This document shows positions 36,978 through 47,258 of a DNA stretch of 64,000 nucleotides, in pieces (position 1 is the first letter of the stretch; each line of letters opens with the position of its first letter). The notes beneath the pieces were generated by a model. The model did not search any database. It saw nothing but the letters and a program-made list of their open reading frames with translations, and was not told where the DNA came from. This DNA is from Candidatus Eiseniibacteriota bacterium (GTDB lineage Bacteria > Eisenbacteria > RBG-16-71-46 > CAIMUX01 > VGJL01), in the NCBI GenBank assembly GCA_963792585.1, contig CAWBWI010000001.1, positions 192,001-256,000 of the forward strand, written 5' to 3'. The translations under genes were made by a program, and so were the position numbers.

Positions 36978-38303
36978 TCATCCCTGAAGCTCTCGCTCGC
37001 CCTTGCGCTCATCCACCGTCCAGAGGATCAGCCCCCCCACGAGGAAGAAGAGGCTGACCGATAGGATCGCGGGGCGCAGGCCGCCGGCGATCCAGGCGAT
37101 CGCCCCGAAGACCGCGGGGCCCAGGACCGACGCGAATCGCCCCGCGACGGAGAAGAATCCAAAGATCTCCGCCGAGCGTTGGGGGGGAATCCAGCGGGCG
37201 AGCAGCGAGCGTGAGACCGTCTGGATGCCGCCCAGGAACAGCCCGGCGGTCGCGCCGATCCACCAGAACTCCCGGCGGGGGGCGCCGAAGATCCCCGTCC
37301 AGCGCGCCCAGAGGGTGAGCAGGAAGAAGGCTGCGATCTGGACGAGGATCGTCTGCTTGTGCCCGACCCGGTCGGCGATCCCGCCGGCGAGGAGCGAGCC
37401 GATGAATCCGGTCGCCTGGATCAGGAGGAAGAGGAGGACCAGCTCCGCGTCGGCAAAGCCCAGCTCCGCTCCCGCGAAGATCGACGCGACCGCGACGATC
37501 GTCTGAATCGAATCGTTGTAGAGCAGGAAAGCGATCAAGTAACGGAGGAAGTGGGGAGACGCCTTCAAGCCCCGCAGGGTCGCAACCGCGCGATGGAGCG
37601 CCGCACCGACGCTCGCGCGCCCATGGGAGCTGGGCGGCAGCGGCTCCGGCCGTGTGAGCAGTGGAAGGGCGATCAGGATCCACCAGATTCCGGCGAGCGC
37701 GAAGGATGCGCGCAGAGCCGCCCCGGCATCGGCAAGACCGAAGATCGCCGGTTTCTGCAGCATGAGCAGGTTGATGCCGAGGACGATGCCGCCTCCCAGG
37801 TACCCGAGTCCCCATGCGAGACCGGAGATCCTGCCGAGTCGATTCTGCTCGACGAGACCCGGGAGCAGCGCGTTGTAGATGACCGACGCAAGCGCAAAGG
37901 CCGCGTAGGCGATCCCGAAGAGAATCGAGCCGCGCAGCCACGCGCCCGGACCGACGGTCGCGAGCAGAACGGTCGAGGATGCGCCGATGATCGTGAGGAC
38001 GCGCAGCATCGCCATCCTTCGTCCCGCCGCGTCGGCGAGGGCTCCAAGGGGTGGAGCGGCAATCGCGACGAAGAGCATTGTGACCGAGACGAGCCAGCTG
38101 TAGAGCGTCGCGCCGGGGACTGTCGCGCCGAGCAGACGAACGCCCGTCGGTCCCCCCGCGACCTGCTGGGCGAAGTACTTGTTGAAGAGGACGGCGAGGA
38201 TCGTCGTCGCAAATGCCGAGTCCGCAACATCGTAGAGGCAGAATGCCGCGATGGCGCCGCGATCCGATCCTCTAGGGCCGCTTTGGAACAGCCTTTTGCT
38301 CAC
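36978..38303 (-). CDS. MFS transporter, UMF1/ATG22-like family
   Basis: LYDVADSAF, LGALAD, YNALLP, GYLGG, SRSLLAR...EIFGFF; about 12 TM segments. Confidence 0.88.
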   Translation of the reverse strand: MSKRLFQSGPRGSDRGAIAAFCLYDVADSAFATTILAVLFNKYFAQQVAGGPTGVRLLGATVPGATLYSWLVSVTMLFVAIAAPPLGALADAAGRRMAMLRVLTIIGASSTVLLATVGPGAWLRGSILFGIAYAAFALASVIYNALLPGLVEQNRLGRISGLAWGLGYLGGGIVLGINLLMLQKPAIFGLADAGAALRASFALAGIWWILIALPLLTRPEPLPPSSHGRASVGAALHRAVATLRGLKASPHFLRYLIAFLLYNDSIQTIVAVASIFAGAELGFADAELVLLFLLIQATGFIGSLLAGGIADRVGHKQTILVQIAAFFLLTLWARWTGIFGAPRREFWWIGATAGLFLGGIQTVSRSLLARWIPPQRSAEIFGFFSVAGRFASVLGPAVFGAIAWIAGGLRPAILSVSLFFLVGGLILWTVDERKGERELQG

Positions 38304-38481
38304 GGATCCCTCCGCCGAGAACGCGAGTCGATTAACTTCACAAGCTCTTCACCGATCCTCGATTGCCCGTGATGCCTCGAACAGCTATACTACCAAACGG
38401 TTTGGCCGGAGGATCGCCATGCTCGGAGCGCCTGCCGGCGACATGCACCATGCTCCAGATCATCCGCAAGGAGGGCCCCTC

Positions 38482-40612
38482 ATGAGTCGACTGTTATTGC
38501 TCGCATTCTGCCTTTGTTGTATCGCGACCGCCGCCTTTGCGCAGGACGTGATCGTGATCAACGAAGCGATTTACGACAACACCGGGTCAGATGTTAACTG
38601 CTGGACCGAGCTGAAGGGAACGCCGGGCATGTCGCTCGACGGCTACAAGCTCCTAGGACATAACGGCAACGGCGGTCTCATCTATCGGACCATCGCCCTC
38701 GATGGCTTCGCGATCCCCGCTGACGGCTACTTCCTGGTCACACAGAACGGCACGACCCCGCCGGGCTCCGACATGGTTGCCAACGTTGACTGGCAGAACG
38801 GCCCGGACAGCATCCAGCTCACGAAGAATGTCGGTGGCGTGGACGTCATCGTCGACGCCGTGGGCTACGGCACCTTCACCAGCGAGATCTTCGGTGGCGA
38901 GGGAAGCCCATGCATCGGCCAGGGCACACCCCTGACCAACTCGATGGCCCGCTGCCCCGACGGCGCGGACTCGCAGAACAACTCGGTGGATTTCATCGCC
39001 GATCCGAATCCGACGCCGGGCGCGGCGAATGCAGGCTCCTGCGCGGCGGTCACGGGCGCTTGCTGCTTCGTCGACGGCACATGCCAGGTTCTGACGGAGC
39101 CCAACTGCACGGCCCTGACGGGCGTCTACCAGGGCGACGACACCGTATGTGACCCGAACCCTTGCCCGATCCCGCAGCCGACGGATCGCACTCTGTGCGA
39201 AATCGCGCAGGATACGTCCAACGGTCGTCCGTTCTACGAGGGTGAGTGGGTACGCATCCATGGAATATGCACCCTCGAGAGCAACACCTGGGCGGGGAGC
39301 CGGATCGAGTTCACGATCACCGACGGTGAATGCTGCACGAACGTCTTCAACGGCGGCGCGGCGACTCCGGTCATCCACGTCGGAGACGAGGTCGAGGTCG
39401 TGGGGACCGTGGGCTTCTTCAACGGCAAGACCCAGGTCACGACCCCGAACCTGACGATCAACGTCTTGAGCACGGGCAACCCGATCCCGGCCCCGGGTCT
39501 CGTCACGACCGGAGACTTTGCGGTCAACGGCGAGAACTACGAGAGCTGCCTGATCACGATGCACTGCGTCAGCATCATCAGCGGCACGTGGCCGGCGGTG
39601 AATACCGATGCGACGATCGTCGTCGACGACGGCACCGGGCCGTGCGATCTGCGGATCGACAGGGACACGAACATCGACGGCAGCGCCGGCGCCGACGGGT
39701 CCCTTCACGATCGTCGGGATCGCGTCTCAGTTCGACCAGGACGACCCGTGGACGAGCGGTTTCCAGATCATGCCGCGCTCGGTCGATGACCTGTACTTCA
39801 ACGACTGCGCGGCGGCGACGGGCGCCTGCTGCTTCACGGACGGACAATGCATCGTCGCCACGCAGGACGAGTGCGCGACGCAGGGAGGCAACTACGTCGG
39901 CGACGGCACGACCTGCCAGCCGAATCCGTGCGCGCAGCCCGAGGCCTGCTGCTTCCCCGACGGAAGCTGCCAGGTTCTGCTCCCCGACCTCTGCACCACC
40001 CAAGGTGGCACTCCCATGGGCCCGGGCACCTCGTGCGGCGAGCGGATCGACTGCCCGCAGCCTCCGCAGGCCTGCTGCTTCCCCGATGGAAGCTGCCTGG
40101 TCCTGACCCCGGAGGAGTGCGCGGTCCAGGGTGGCCAGGCGATGGGGAATGACACCGTGTGCGATCCGAATCCCTGCGAGCAGCCTCCTCAGGCTTGCTG
40201 CTTCCCCGACGGTCACTGCGAGTTCGTGAACGCCGACGTGTGCGGTCAGCTCGGTGGCGCGCCCCAGGGCTTCGGCACCGTCTGCGATCCGAATCCATGT
40301 CCCCAGCCCGCGATGGCGTGCTGCTTCACGGACGGTCACTGCGAGGTTCTGACCTCGGCGCGGTGCTTGGAGCTTGGTGGCGAGCCGCAGGGCTTTGGCA
40401 CCGACTGCGAGCCGAACGACTGTCCCCAGCCGCCGCCCACCGGCGCCTGCTGCCTCGACGATCAGGGCCGCTGCGAGGTCCTGTCGGAGGCCGGGTGTGC
40501 CGAGGCGAACGGCCAGTACCAGGGAGACGGCACGACGTGTGAGCCCAATCCCTGCCCGATCGTGCCGACACAGGGCACGACTTGGGGTCAGATCAAGGCG
40601 AACTACCGCTAG
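38482..40612 (+). CDS. Secreted protein: lamin-tail domain, OB-fold-like domains, 7 Cys repeats, TTWG tail; +1 frameshift near 39685
   Basis: VINEAIYD...WTELK...PTPGAAN (LTD); GDEVEVVGTV...FNGKTQ (OB). Removing one base gives DTNIDGSPAPTGPFTIVG; ends TTWGQIKANYR. Confidence 0.8.
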
Positions 40613-40642
40613 TTCGATCGGGCCTAAGGCCCGTCTATCCAG

Positions 40643-40674
40643 GAGAGCCCGCCCCCATGAGGGGGCGGGCTCTC
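40643..40674. terminator. Perfect hairpin between convergent genes (bidirectional terminator)
   Basis: GAGAGCCCGCCCCC-ATGA-GGGGGCGGGCTCTC. Confidence 0.75.
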
Positions 40675-40706
40675 GTCGTAGGAGGATCGAGCTCGGGGGC
40701 CCGGAT

Positions 40707-41540
40707 CTAGCGGGAGTCGAGGAGGCCGGAGAGCGCGTAGAAGACGATCGCGCCGGCGGCGGCGACACCGAGCGATTCGACCCCCTTCGCCATCGGAATC
40801 CGGACGGACCCGTCGCATGCGGCGCGAGCGTTCGCGTCGAGGCCCGAGCCCTCGCTGCCGAATACGACGGCCGTGGGGCGGTCGAGCTTGATCGCGTTCA
40901 AGGGAACGTCCCCGCGAGCATCGAGTGCGACGAGCCGATAGCCGCCCCGACGGAGCGTCTCCCATACGGTCTCCGGGGCGAGGTCGACGGCGATCGGCAG
41001 CCGGAACGAGGCGCCCATCGACCCACGGACGGCCCGCGGGTGGAATGGATCGACCGTGCCCGACGTCGTGATGATCCCCGACAGGCCCGCGGCAAGGGCC
41101 GTTCGCACGAGCGCCCCCGCGTTCGTCGGATCCTGGAGCCCATGGAGCACCGCAACGAGCGGATGGCGCGCGGCATCCGGCGCGGCGAGCAGCAAGGCGG
41201 CATCCGTGTGCGGGCGCGCGAAGATCCCGATGGCCCCCTGGGGGGTGGCGAGGGTGGAAACCGCTTCCAGGACCGGGGCACTCGCGAGCGTGATCCGCGC
41301 GTGGCGTCGGCCGGCCGCCGTGCGGATCGAAGGAGCGTCCGGGTCCTCGGGATCGAGCAGGATCAAACGGGGCTCGAGTCCCGCTTCGATCGCATCGCGA
41401 ACGATGGTGACGCCGTCGGCGAGCAGGACCCCCTGACGGCGGGCCAGGCGCGGATCACGCGCGATGCGCCGGGCCTCCTGCACCTTCGCATTCTGACGCG
41501 AACGCAGGATCTCTTCCGTATGGCGGGTCGGGTCAGGCAC
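40707..41540 (-). CDS. TrmH/SpoU family RNA methyltransferase
   Basis: LQDPTNAGALVRTA, VRGSMG, FGSEGSGL, IPM...ESLGVA. Confidence 0.92.
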   Translation of the reverse strand: MPDPTRHTEEILRSRQNAKVQEARRIARDPRLARRQGVLLADGVTIVRDAIEAGLEPRLILLDPEDPDAPSIRTAAGRRHARITLASAPVLEAVSTLATPQGAIGIFARPHTDAALLLAAPDAARHPLVAVLHGLQDPTNAGALVRTALAAGLSGIITTSGTVDPFHPRAVRGSMGASFRLPIAVDLAPETVWETLRRGGYRLVALDARGDVPLNAIKLDRPTAVVFGSEGSGLDANARAACDGSVRIPMAKGVESLGVAAAGAIVFYALSGLLDSR

Positions 41541-41997
41541 CCTTGGAGAGGATCTCTTCGACGAGCCGACGGACGAGCGCCGCGTCGACCTCGTCCTTGC
41601 GGCCCTTCATCACGAATCCGATCGCGCGGCCCGATTGGGCGGGGTCCGTGATCCCGCTCTCCTTGATCGCAGCCTCGACCATCGCGCGCGTCGCCGCTTC
41701 GTCGAGATACCTCGGCTGGTAGTCCGCGAGATATTGGATTTCCCAGGTGAGCTTTTCGATATGCGCCGCCCCCGCTTCGCCGCCCTTCTCGAACTCCGCG
41801 ATCGCCCGGGTCAACTGCTTCACGTAGGCCGCGGCCACCTCGCGAACGACCGCGTCCGTTACCTCGCCCTTGAAGCCGGCGGAAGTCCGCTTTTCGATCA
41901 CCTTCGACTTCAGCATCCTGAGACACTCCGCCGCGCGCTGGTCGTGCGACTTCATGGCTGTGTGGAGCTTCTGATCGATCTCTTCCAACAGACTCAT
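41533..41997 (-). CDS. GatB/YqeY domain protein
   Basis: AMKSHD...LRMLKS, YQPRYL, GRAIGFVMK. Confidence 0.88.
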   Translation of the reverse strand: MSLLEEIDQKLHTAMKSHDQRAAECLRMLKSKVIEKRTSAGFKGEVTDAVVREVAAAYVKQLTRAIAEFEKGGEAGAAHIEKLTWEIQYLADYQPRYLDEAATRAMVEAAIKESGITDPAQSGRAIGFVMKGRKDEVDAALVRRLVEEILSKGA

Positions 41998-44048
41998 CGG
42001 TCCCTCCGCGTTCTCCATGCCGGCTCGTCGCTCGGCGTCCACGTCGTGTCGATCCCTGCGCCCCGCTCGGTGTCGAGCGGGTGGGCTTCATCGGTTCCCG
42101 TCTGGGTCCAGGATCGGCCGTTGCCGGCGAAACCTTTTGCTGTAGGGTAGGCGTCCCGGCCCCCCGTGTCGACGAAGAGCCCGAGGCTTTCCATCCGGTC
42201 GCGCAGCCCACCGCGAGTTCCGATGTTGGCGCGCCCGAGGGTCGTCGGCGCCTCGACCCTGTATGCATCATCGCCCGCCGCGTCCCAGAAGATCCCGATT
42301 CCATTGGCATTTCCGCCGCCCAGCGAGAGATTCGGGGCGTCGTACTGATCGTCTCCCGACGCTTCGTGTAGCAATCCGAGCGAGAAATCGTGTCCCGCCC
42401 CCTGCGCCATATTCATCGTCGCCCGGTATCGGTCGTCGCCCGCTCCTTCCCAGAGGATCCCGACGGCGAAGTGCGCGGCCGCGCCCTGGACGTACCAGAT
42501 CCCGTCGTACCGGTCACGGCCTCCACCGTCCGCGAGGATCCCGACGCCGTACCAGTATCCGCCCCCTTGCCCGAAGACGCCGCAGCGATACTCATCGTCG
42601 CCTCCGCCGTCCGCAAGCATCCCGAACCCGCCGGCCAGGGAGTGGCCGTCGAGGTAGTCCGATCGCTTGCCGAAACCGAATCCCTGCGCGAGGGAGGAGT
42701 TGTGCTCCTTGGACTGGGCGGAAGGGAAGCGGATCTTCGTGTCATCTGCGATGTAGACGTCGTCGCCGTCGCGATCGACCAGGAGGCCGGATCCCTTGAC
42801 GTAGCCGAATCCCTGCGCCTGCTGGAACGCGTGGTAGCGATCGTTGCCTGCCGCATCGGCGAGAATTCCGGCGCCGAAGATGCCGGCGCCCTGGGTCCCG
42901 GTGATGCCGTCGTAGGCATCGTCCCCCGCGAGATCGAGGAGGACACCCGTGCCGTAGAGGCCCGCGCCGAGGCCGATGTGCCCGCAGCGGTACGTGTCGT
43001 TGCCCGCTGCATCGATCAGGATGCCGGTCCCCAGAAGGCCGGCCCCGAAGGAGGGCCGCAGGGTGTCCGCTGCCGCGTAGATGTCGTTGCCGGCCAGATC
43101 GATCAGGACGGAGACCGGGTGATCGAAACTCGCCGATCCGCCGGTCGCGTAGACGTCGTCGCCCCCCGCGTCGATCAGGAGCAAGGGCGAGGCGCCCTCG
43201 TGGCGATCCGATCGCGTGGTGGAGAGAACAATCGGTCCCGCGGGGGTCTCGATCCGCCAGTTCCGTTGGAGCTGAGCGGCGTTGCGGCGGATCGCGGGGA
43301 GGGTCCCTTCGAGCACGAGGAGGAGATCGGCGATGCCGGCATTCCAAAGCGGCGCATCGATCATGCCCGCGGGCTCCTCGACTCGACGGTTGAATGCGGG
43401 ATCGAGATTGCCAGCGTCCGACCCGACCACGTAGGTCACGGCATCGCTTCCGAGCCGTGGGAGGTCGACCGGGGGATTCGCGAGGCGCAGGGGCTCGAAC
43501 GCGGCATCGCGCGCCGCGATGGCTCGGGCGGCGGCCTCGACGATCACCGCAACGGCGCCGGCGAGGGAATCGGGCAACCCCCGCGTCGATTCCCGCAATG
43601 CCCCGTCCTCCTCCGCCGGATAGGGACGTCCCATCTGCGTCCAGAGTCCGCGGATCGCGGCGGGGAGGGGATCGTGCTCGGGGAGCTTCGAACGGATCTC
43701 GACGACCGGGCTCGTGATCAGTCCCCGCCGGACCGACGCGTCCAACCGCGCCGTCGCGAAGCCGAAGAGATCCGACGGCCGATCGGCGCTCGCGTTCACG
43801 GCGCGCTGCCAGACCTCGACATCGCCCGGAATTCGAAGAGGCCGATCGATCAACGCGTCGAACGTGTGAAGACGCCAGCGATCACCGCCATAGAAGCCCA
43901 TGTCGGATCTGTCGATCGCGAGCGCCTCCGGCGTGCGGTCGATCGCGGCAAGCGCGTTGCGAATCGGCCAGGGAGTTCGCTGCGCGCGCGCGCCGGTGGA
44001 CGCGATCAGGCACAGAATACCGACGACCGCCCATCGTCCAAACATCAT
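41994..44048 (-). CDS. Exported protein with tandem GxGxLxDxxGxDxY repeats
   Basis: GGAGG RBS, signal peptide, more than 10 Gly/Asp-rich repeats. Confidence 0.75.
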   Translation of the reverse strand: MMFGRWAVVGILCLIASTGARAQRTPWPIRNALAAIDRTPEALAIDRSDMGFYGGDRWRLHTFDALIDRPLRIPGDVEVWQRAVNASADRPSDLFGFATARLDASVRRGLITSPVVEIRSKLPEHDPLPAAIRGLWTQMGRPYPAEEDGALRESTRGLPDSLAGAVAVIVEAAARAIAARDAAFEPLRLANPPVDLPRLGSDAVTYVVGSDAGNLDPAFNRRVEEPAGMIDAPLWNAGIADLLLVLEGTLPAIRRNAAQLQRNWRIETPAGPIVLSTTRSDRHEGASPLLLIDAGGDDVYATGGSASFDHPVSVLIDLAGNDIYAAADTLRPSFGAGLLGTGILIDAAGNDTYRCGHIGLGAGLYGTGVLLDLAGDDAYDGITGTQGAGIFGAGILADAAGNDRYHAFQQAQGFGYVKGSGLLVDRDGDDVYIADDTKIRFPSAQSKEHNSSLAQGFGFGKRSDYLDGHSLAGGFGMLADGGGDDEYRCGVFGQGGGYWYGVGILADGGGRDRYDGIWYVQGAAAHFAVGILWEGAGDDRYRATMNMAQGAGHDFSLGLLHEASGDDQYDAPNLSLGGGNANGIGIFWDAAGDDAYRVEAPTTLGRANIGTRGGLRDRMESLGLFVDTGGRDAYPTAKGFAGNGRSWTQTGTDEAHPLDTERGAGIDTTWTPSDEPAWRTRRDR

Positions 44049-44109
44049 CCCCCCTCCTTCTGTCATGGAAGAATGAGGCGTAGTATACGACGAAATTCCA
44101 CCGGAGGTG

Positions 44110-44724
44110 ATGATGACCCTCTCGAAACTCGGTATCGCGGTGGCCTTGATCCTGTCGCTCGCGGGCTGTGGACGGGAGCGGACCGCGGACCGCGCCGGGG
44201 GCCTGCCCGTCGGCGGGGTGGCCATGCTGGAGACCGCCGTGCGGCGCGCGCTCCACGGGGCGGAACCGGGTGGTGTGGTCCTGGTCGTCCTCTGGACCGC
44301 GGCGGCCCCTCCCACCTCCGAGGTGAAAGAGTTGGCGAAGCGCTGGGCTCCGTACGGACTCGTCGCCCTCGGAGTCTGCGTGGAGACTCTCGCGGGCGAC
44401 GCCCGGGATGCTTCGCTCGCTCGCGTGCACGCTTGGGAACGGAGCCACAGCCCCGGAATCCCGAGCCTGATCTACGACGGAGACGCGGCGGCCCTGGCTG
44501 CGGCCGTCGAGGGCGCCGGTCCCGGCCCGGGGCTCGTCCTGCTCGAAGCGCAGGGGGGCCGCCTCTGGTCCGGCGAGGGATTTGGAGACCTCGACGCCCT
44601 CGAGGCGGTTCTGCAGGCGCACCTCGGCGAGCCGAATGTCGCCGACGGCTGCACCTGCGCGCGGATCGTCAGCGGAGAAGCGCGAGCAGAACGGGCAGGA
44701 GAACCACCCCCACGAGAGTCGTGA
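44110..44724 (+). CDS. Lipoprotein with TlpA-like thioredoxin fold lacking CxxC
   Basis: Lipobox LAGC; VVLVVLWTAAAPP...GLVALGVCVE aligns with the TlpA pattern. Confidence 0.55.
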   Translation: MMTLSKLGIAVALILSLAGCGRERTADRAGGLPVGGVAMLETAVRRALHGAEPGGVVLVVLWTAAAPPTSEVKELAKRWAPYGLVALGVCVETLAGDARDASLARVHAWERSHSPGIPSLIYDGDAAALAAAVEGAGPGPGLVLLEAQGGRLWSGEGFGDLDALEAVLQAHLGEPNVADGCTCARIVSGEARAERAGEPPPRES

Positions 44725-45553
44725 GCAGCACGGAGGAGGCGACGGCTGCGGCGTCGCGGCCCGCGCGCTGGGCCAGGACGACGTTGATCATCGCCGCCGG
44801 CAACAGCGCATAGAGGATCATCACCTTGCGCACCAACCCCTCGGGGCGCAGCAGCGGGAGGGTGATCGCGAGCGCGGCGGCACCGCTGGCATAGCGAAGC
44901 AGGGTCGCCACCGCCGCCACGCGCGTCGAGGTCATGCGGGTGGACGCCAGGGATTCCCCGAAGAGGACGAGCATGAGCGGCACCGCGGCAAGGCCGGCAA
45001 GTCGGGGAACCCGCATGAGCATCTCGGGCGGCTGCACATGGCCGAGCCGGAGGAGGCCCGCAAGCAGCGTGGCCCACAGCGCGGGCTCGCGGAGCGCCTG
45101 GCGCATCCTGCCACCGCCGTGGAGGATCATGATCCCGACCGTGAAGATCGCGATGTTCGTGACCGTGTAGCTCAACACTCCGAGCGATAGCCCCTCCGTC
45201 CCGAAGTTGGCGAGCAGCAGCGGAAAGGGGAGGTTCGCGGAGTTGACGAATGCGATCGGAAGCAGCAACTCCCGCCGATGCCGCCATCCGACGAGCCGCA
45301 GCCCGATCCAGCCGATCAGGAGGGCCACACCGATCTGGATCAACGTTGCCGCGGTGACGAGGCCCATGTCCCGCGCCCGGATCGTCGAGTCCATGATCGC
45401 GGTGAAGCTCAGGCAGGGGATGAAGATGTCCATCCCGATCCGCATGGTCGATGCGAGTTCAACCCGGGTCCGTCGCACGTATACCCAGGCGATCGCGATC
45501 AAGCCAAAGACCTCGACGACGGAGCCGAGGACGGTGCGCAGGTTGTCGTTCAC
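44669..45553 (-). CDS. AEC (auxin efflux carrier) family transporter
   Basis: FIPCLSF, NSANLPFP, AVPLMLVLFG, LPAA motifs; about 10 TM. Confidence 0.88.
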   Translation of the reverse strand: MNDNLRTVLGSVVEVFGLIAIAWVYVRRTRVELASTMRIGMDIFIPCLSFTAIMDSTIRARDMGLVTAATLIQIGVALLIGWIGLRLVGWRHRRELLLPIAFVNSANLPFPLLLANFGTEGLSLGVLSYTVTNIAIFTVGIMILHGGGRMRQALREPALWATLLAGLLRLGHVQPPEMLMRVPRLAGLAAVPLMLVLFGESLASTRMTSTRVAAVATLLRYASGAAALAITLPLLRPEGLVRKVMILYALLPAAMINVVLAQRAGRDAAAVASSVLLTTLVGVVLLPVLLALLR

Positions 45554-45608
45554 CCTGCTAGACTAGCGGGCGGCCGTTGCCGCGCAACCCCCAAGGAAAG
45601 GAGCGGGC

Positions 45609-46781
45609 ATGCCCACGCGAAGGCTCTTCGACGAGGATTCCCACCTTTGCGACTTCGAGGCGAAGCTCGTCGCCCTCCGTCCGGACGGCGCCTGGATCGC
45701 CCTCGATGCGACCGCCTTCTTCCCGGAGGACGGGGGGCAGCGGGCGGATCGCGGCATCCTGGGCGGGATCGAGGTTCTGGCGCTCGAATCCGACGATGAC
45801 GGGACGATCTGGCACCGTCTCGCGCATCCCATCGACGCTGCGGTTGGAGCGACCCTGGACGGGCGCGTGGATGCAGGCGTGCGGCGCGACCACCGGCAGC
45901 AGCACTCGGGGCAGCACGTCCTCTCTCGCGCCTTCGTGGTGATCCACGGCGCGGAGACGAAGGGTTTTCACATGGGGGAGGATCTCTCGACGATCGATGT
46001 CGAAATCGCCGATCTCGATCACGATCGCGTGCGCGCGATCGAGGCCTTCGCGAACGCAGTGGTTTTCGAGGATCGCGCCGTCTCCGTCACCCTGGAGGAG
46101 CGATCCGGAAGCATGCCGCTGCGAACCGTCGCCATCGAGGCTCTCGAGGCGCAGCACTGCTGCGGGACCCACGTGAAACGGACCGGGGAGATCGGGATCA
46201 TCAAGGTTCTGCGCTGGGAGAAGGTGAGGGACCTCACCCGGGTCAGCTTCGTGTGCGGGGAGCGCGCCCTGCGCGCCTTCGGGTCGCTCGTCGAAACCGT
46301 GGACGCGGCTGCCCGCCCGTTCAGCGCAGGTTGGCACGATCTTCCCCGAGCGGTCGAGGGTGCCCTGGAGCAGGCAAGAGTGCAGGAACGGCGCGCGGGC
46401 GAGTGGCAGAAGCGGTGGGCCGCCCTGGAGGCGGATCGACTCGTGCGGGAAACGCCCCGCCACCCTGATGGGACCCTCGTCGTGCGGGCGTTCGTTGACG
46501 GCGCCGAGGCGGAAGCGTTGCGTGCCCTCGCCCGATGCCTGACCGATCGGGGAGACGCGATCGTCCTTCTGGCCGGCTCCGGAGAACCGGAACGCCGTCT
46601 GTGGCTGGCTGCGCGCAGCAAAGATCTTCCCGCCGGCCGAGGCTTCGATGCGAAGGCGAGCCTCGCCGGCATCCTCGAGTCGCTCGACGGGCGTGGAGGC
46701 GGCAACGCTCTCTTCGCGCAGGGGTCGTGCTCGGCGGACGAGGCGGCTTGCCGCGCGCGAATGGCTAGTACGGAACCGTGA
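45609..46781 (+). CDS. Alanyl-tRNA editing protein (AlaX-like) with DHHA1 domain
   Basis: TAFFPEDGGQ, QQHSGQH (HxxxH), CCGTH (CxxxH), GRGGG...AQG. Confidence 0.88.
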   Translation: MPTRRLFDEDSHLCDFEAKLVALRPDGAWIALDATAFFPEDGGQRADRGILGGIEVLALESDDDGTIWHRLAHPIDAAVGATLDGRVDAGVRRDHRQQHSGQHVLSRAFVVIHGAETKGFHMGEDLSTIDVEIADLDHDRVRAIEAFANAVVFEDRAVSVTLEERSGSMPLRTVAIEALEAQHCCGTHVKRTGEIGIIKVLRWEKVRDLTRVSFVCGERALRAFGSLVETVDAAARPFSAGWHDLPRAVEGALEQARVQERRAGEWQKRWAALEADRLVRETPRHPDGTLVVRAFVDGAEAEALRALARCLTDRGDAIVLLAGSGEPERRLWLAARSKDLPAGRGFDAKASLAGILESLDGRGGGNALFAQGSCSADEAACRARMASTEP

Positions 46782-47046
46782 AGGGATCCGGCGCAGGGGT
46801 CGTGTCGGTCCAGTCCAATTCGACGCCGGAGACGCGAGCAATCGTCGGGCCGACGTGGAGGTACTGGATCAGCCTGCGCAGCGCCCTCTCCTCGCCGCGC
46901 GCGACGACCTCGACCGAGCCATCGGCGAGATTCTTCGCATAGCCGGCAAGTCCGAGCGCTCGCGCCTCATCCGCGGTGTGTGCCCGGAAGTAGACGCCCT
47001 GCACCTTTCCCCTCACGATCGCCTTGAACTGCTTGATTTCGTTCAT
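46765..47046 (-). CDS. acyP: Acylphosphatase
   Basis: VRGKVQGVYFR and GYAKNLADGSVEV signatures. Confidence 0.92.
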   Translation of the reverse strand: MNEIKQFKAIVRGKVQGVYFRAHTADEARALGLAGYAKNLADGSVEVVARGEERALRRLIQYLHVGPTIARVSGVELDWTDTTPAPDPFTVPY

Positions 47047-47258
47047 GACACCAGCTTCGTCCCCGTCTGCGCGAACGTCAAGGCCGTCTCCGGCTATCCG
47101 ACGCGGGAAGCCTTCCCGACCGGGCAGCGCCATCCGCACTGCGGGAGACGTCGGATGAAATCCGCTTCACCTTGCGATAGGATCCTTGGTCCACACTGCC
47201 GCCGCCCGCGGGAACGACCGGTCCTCTCCGGGCGGCAGCGACCTGGACGGAGGGCTCC

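Noticed and set aside
42390..44813. 807-aa plus-strand ORF and many other long overlapping ORFs
   Set aside because: Antisense or alternative-frame shadows of real genes, expected in high-GC DNA
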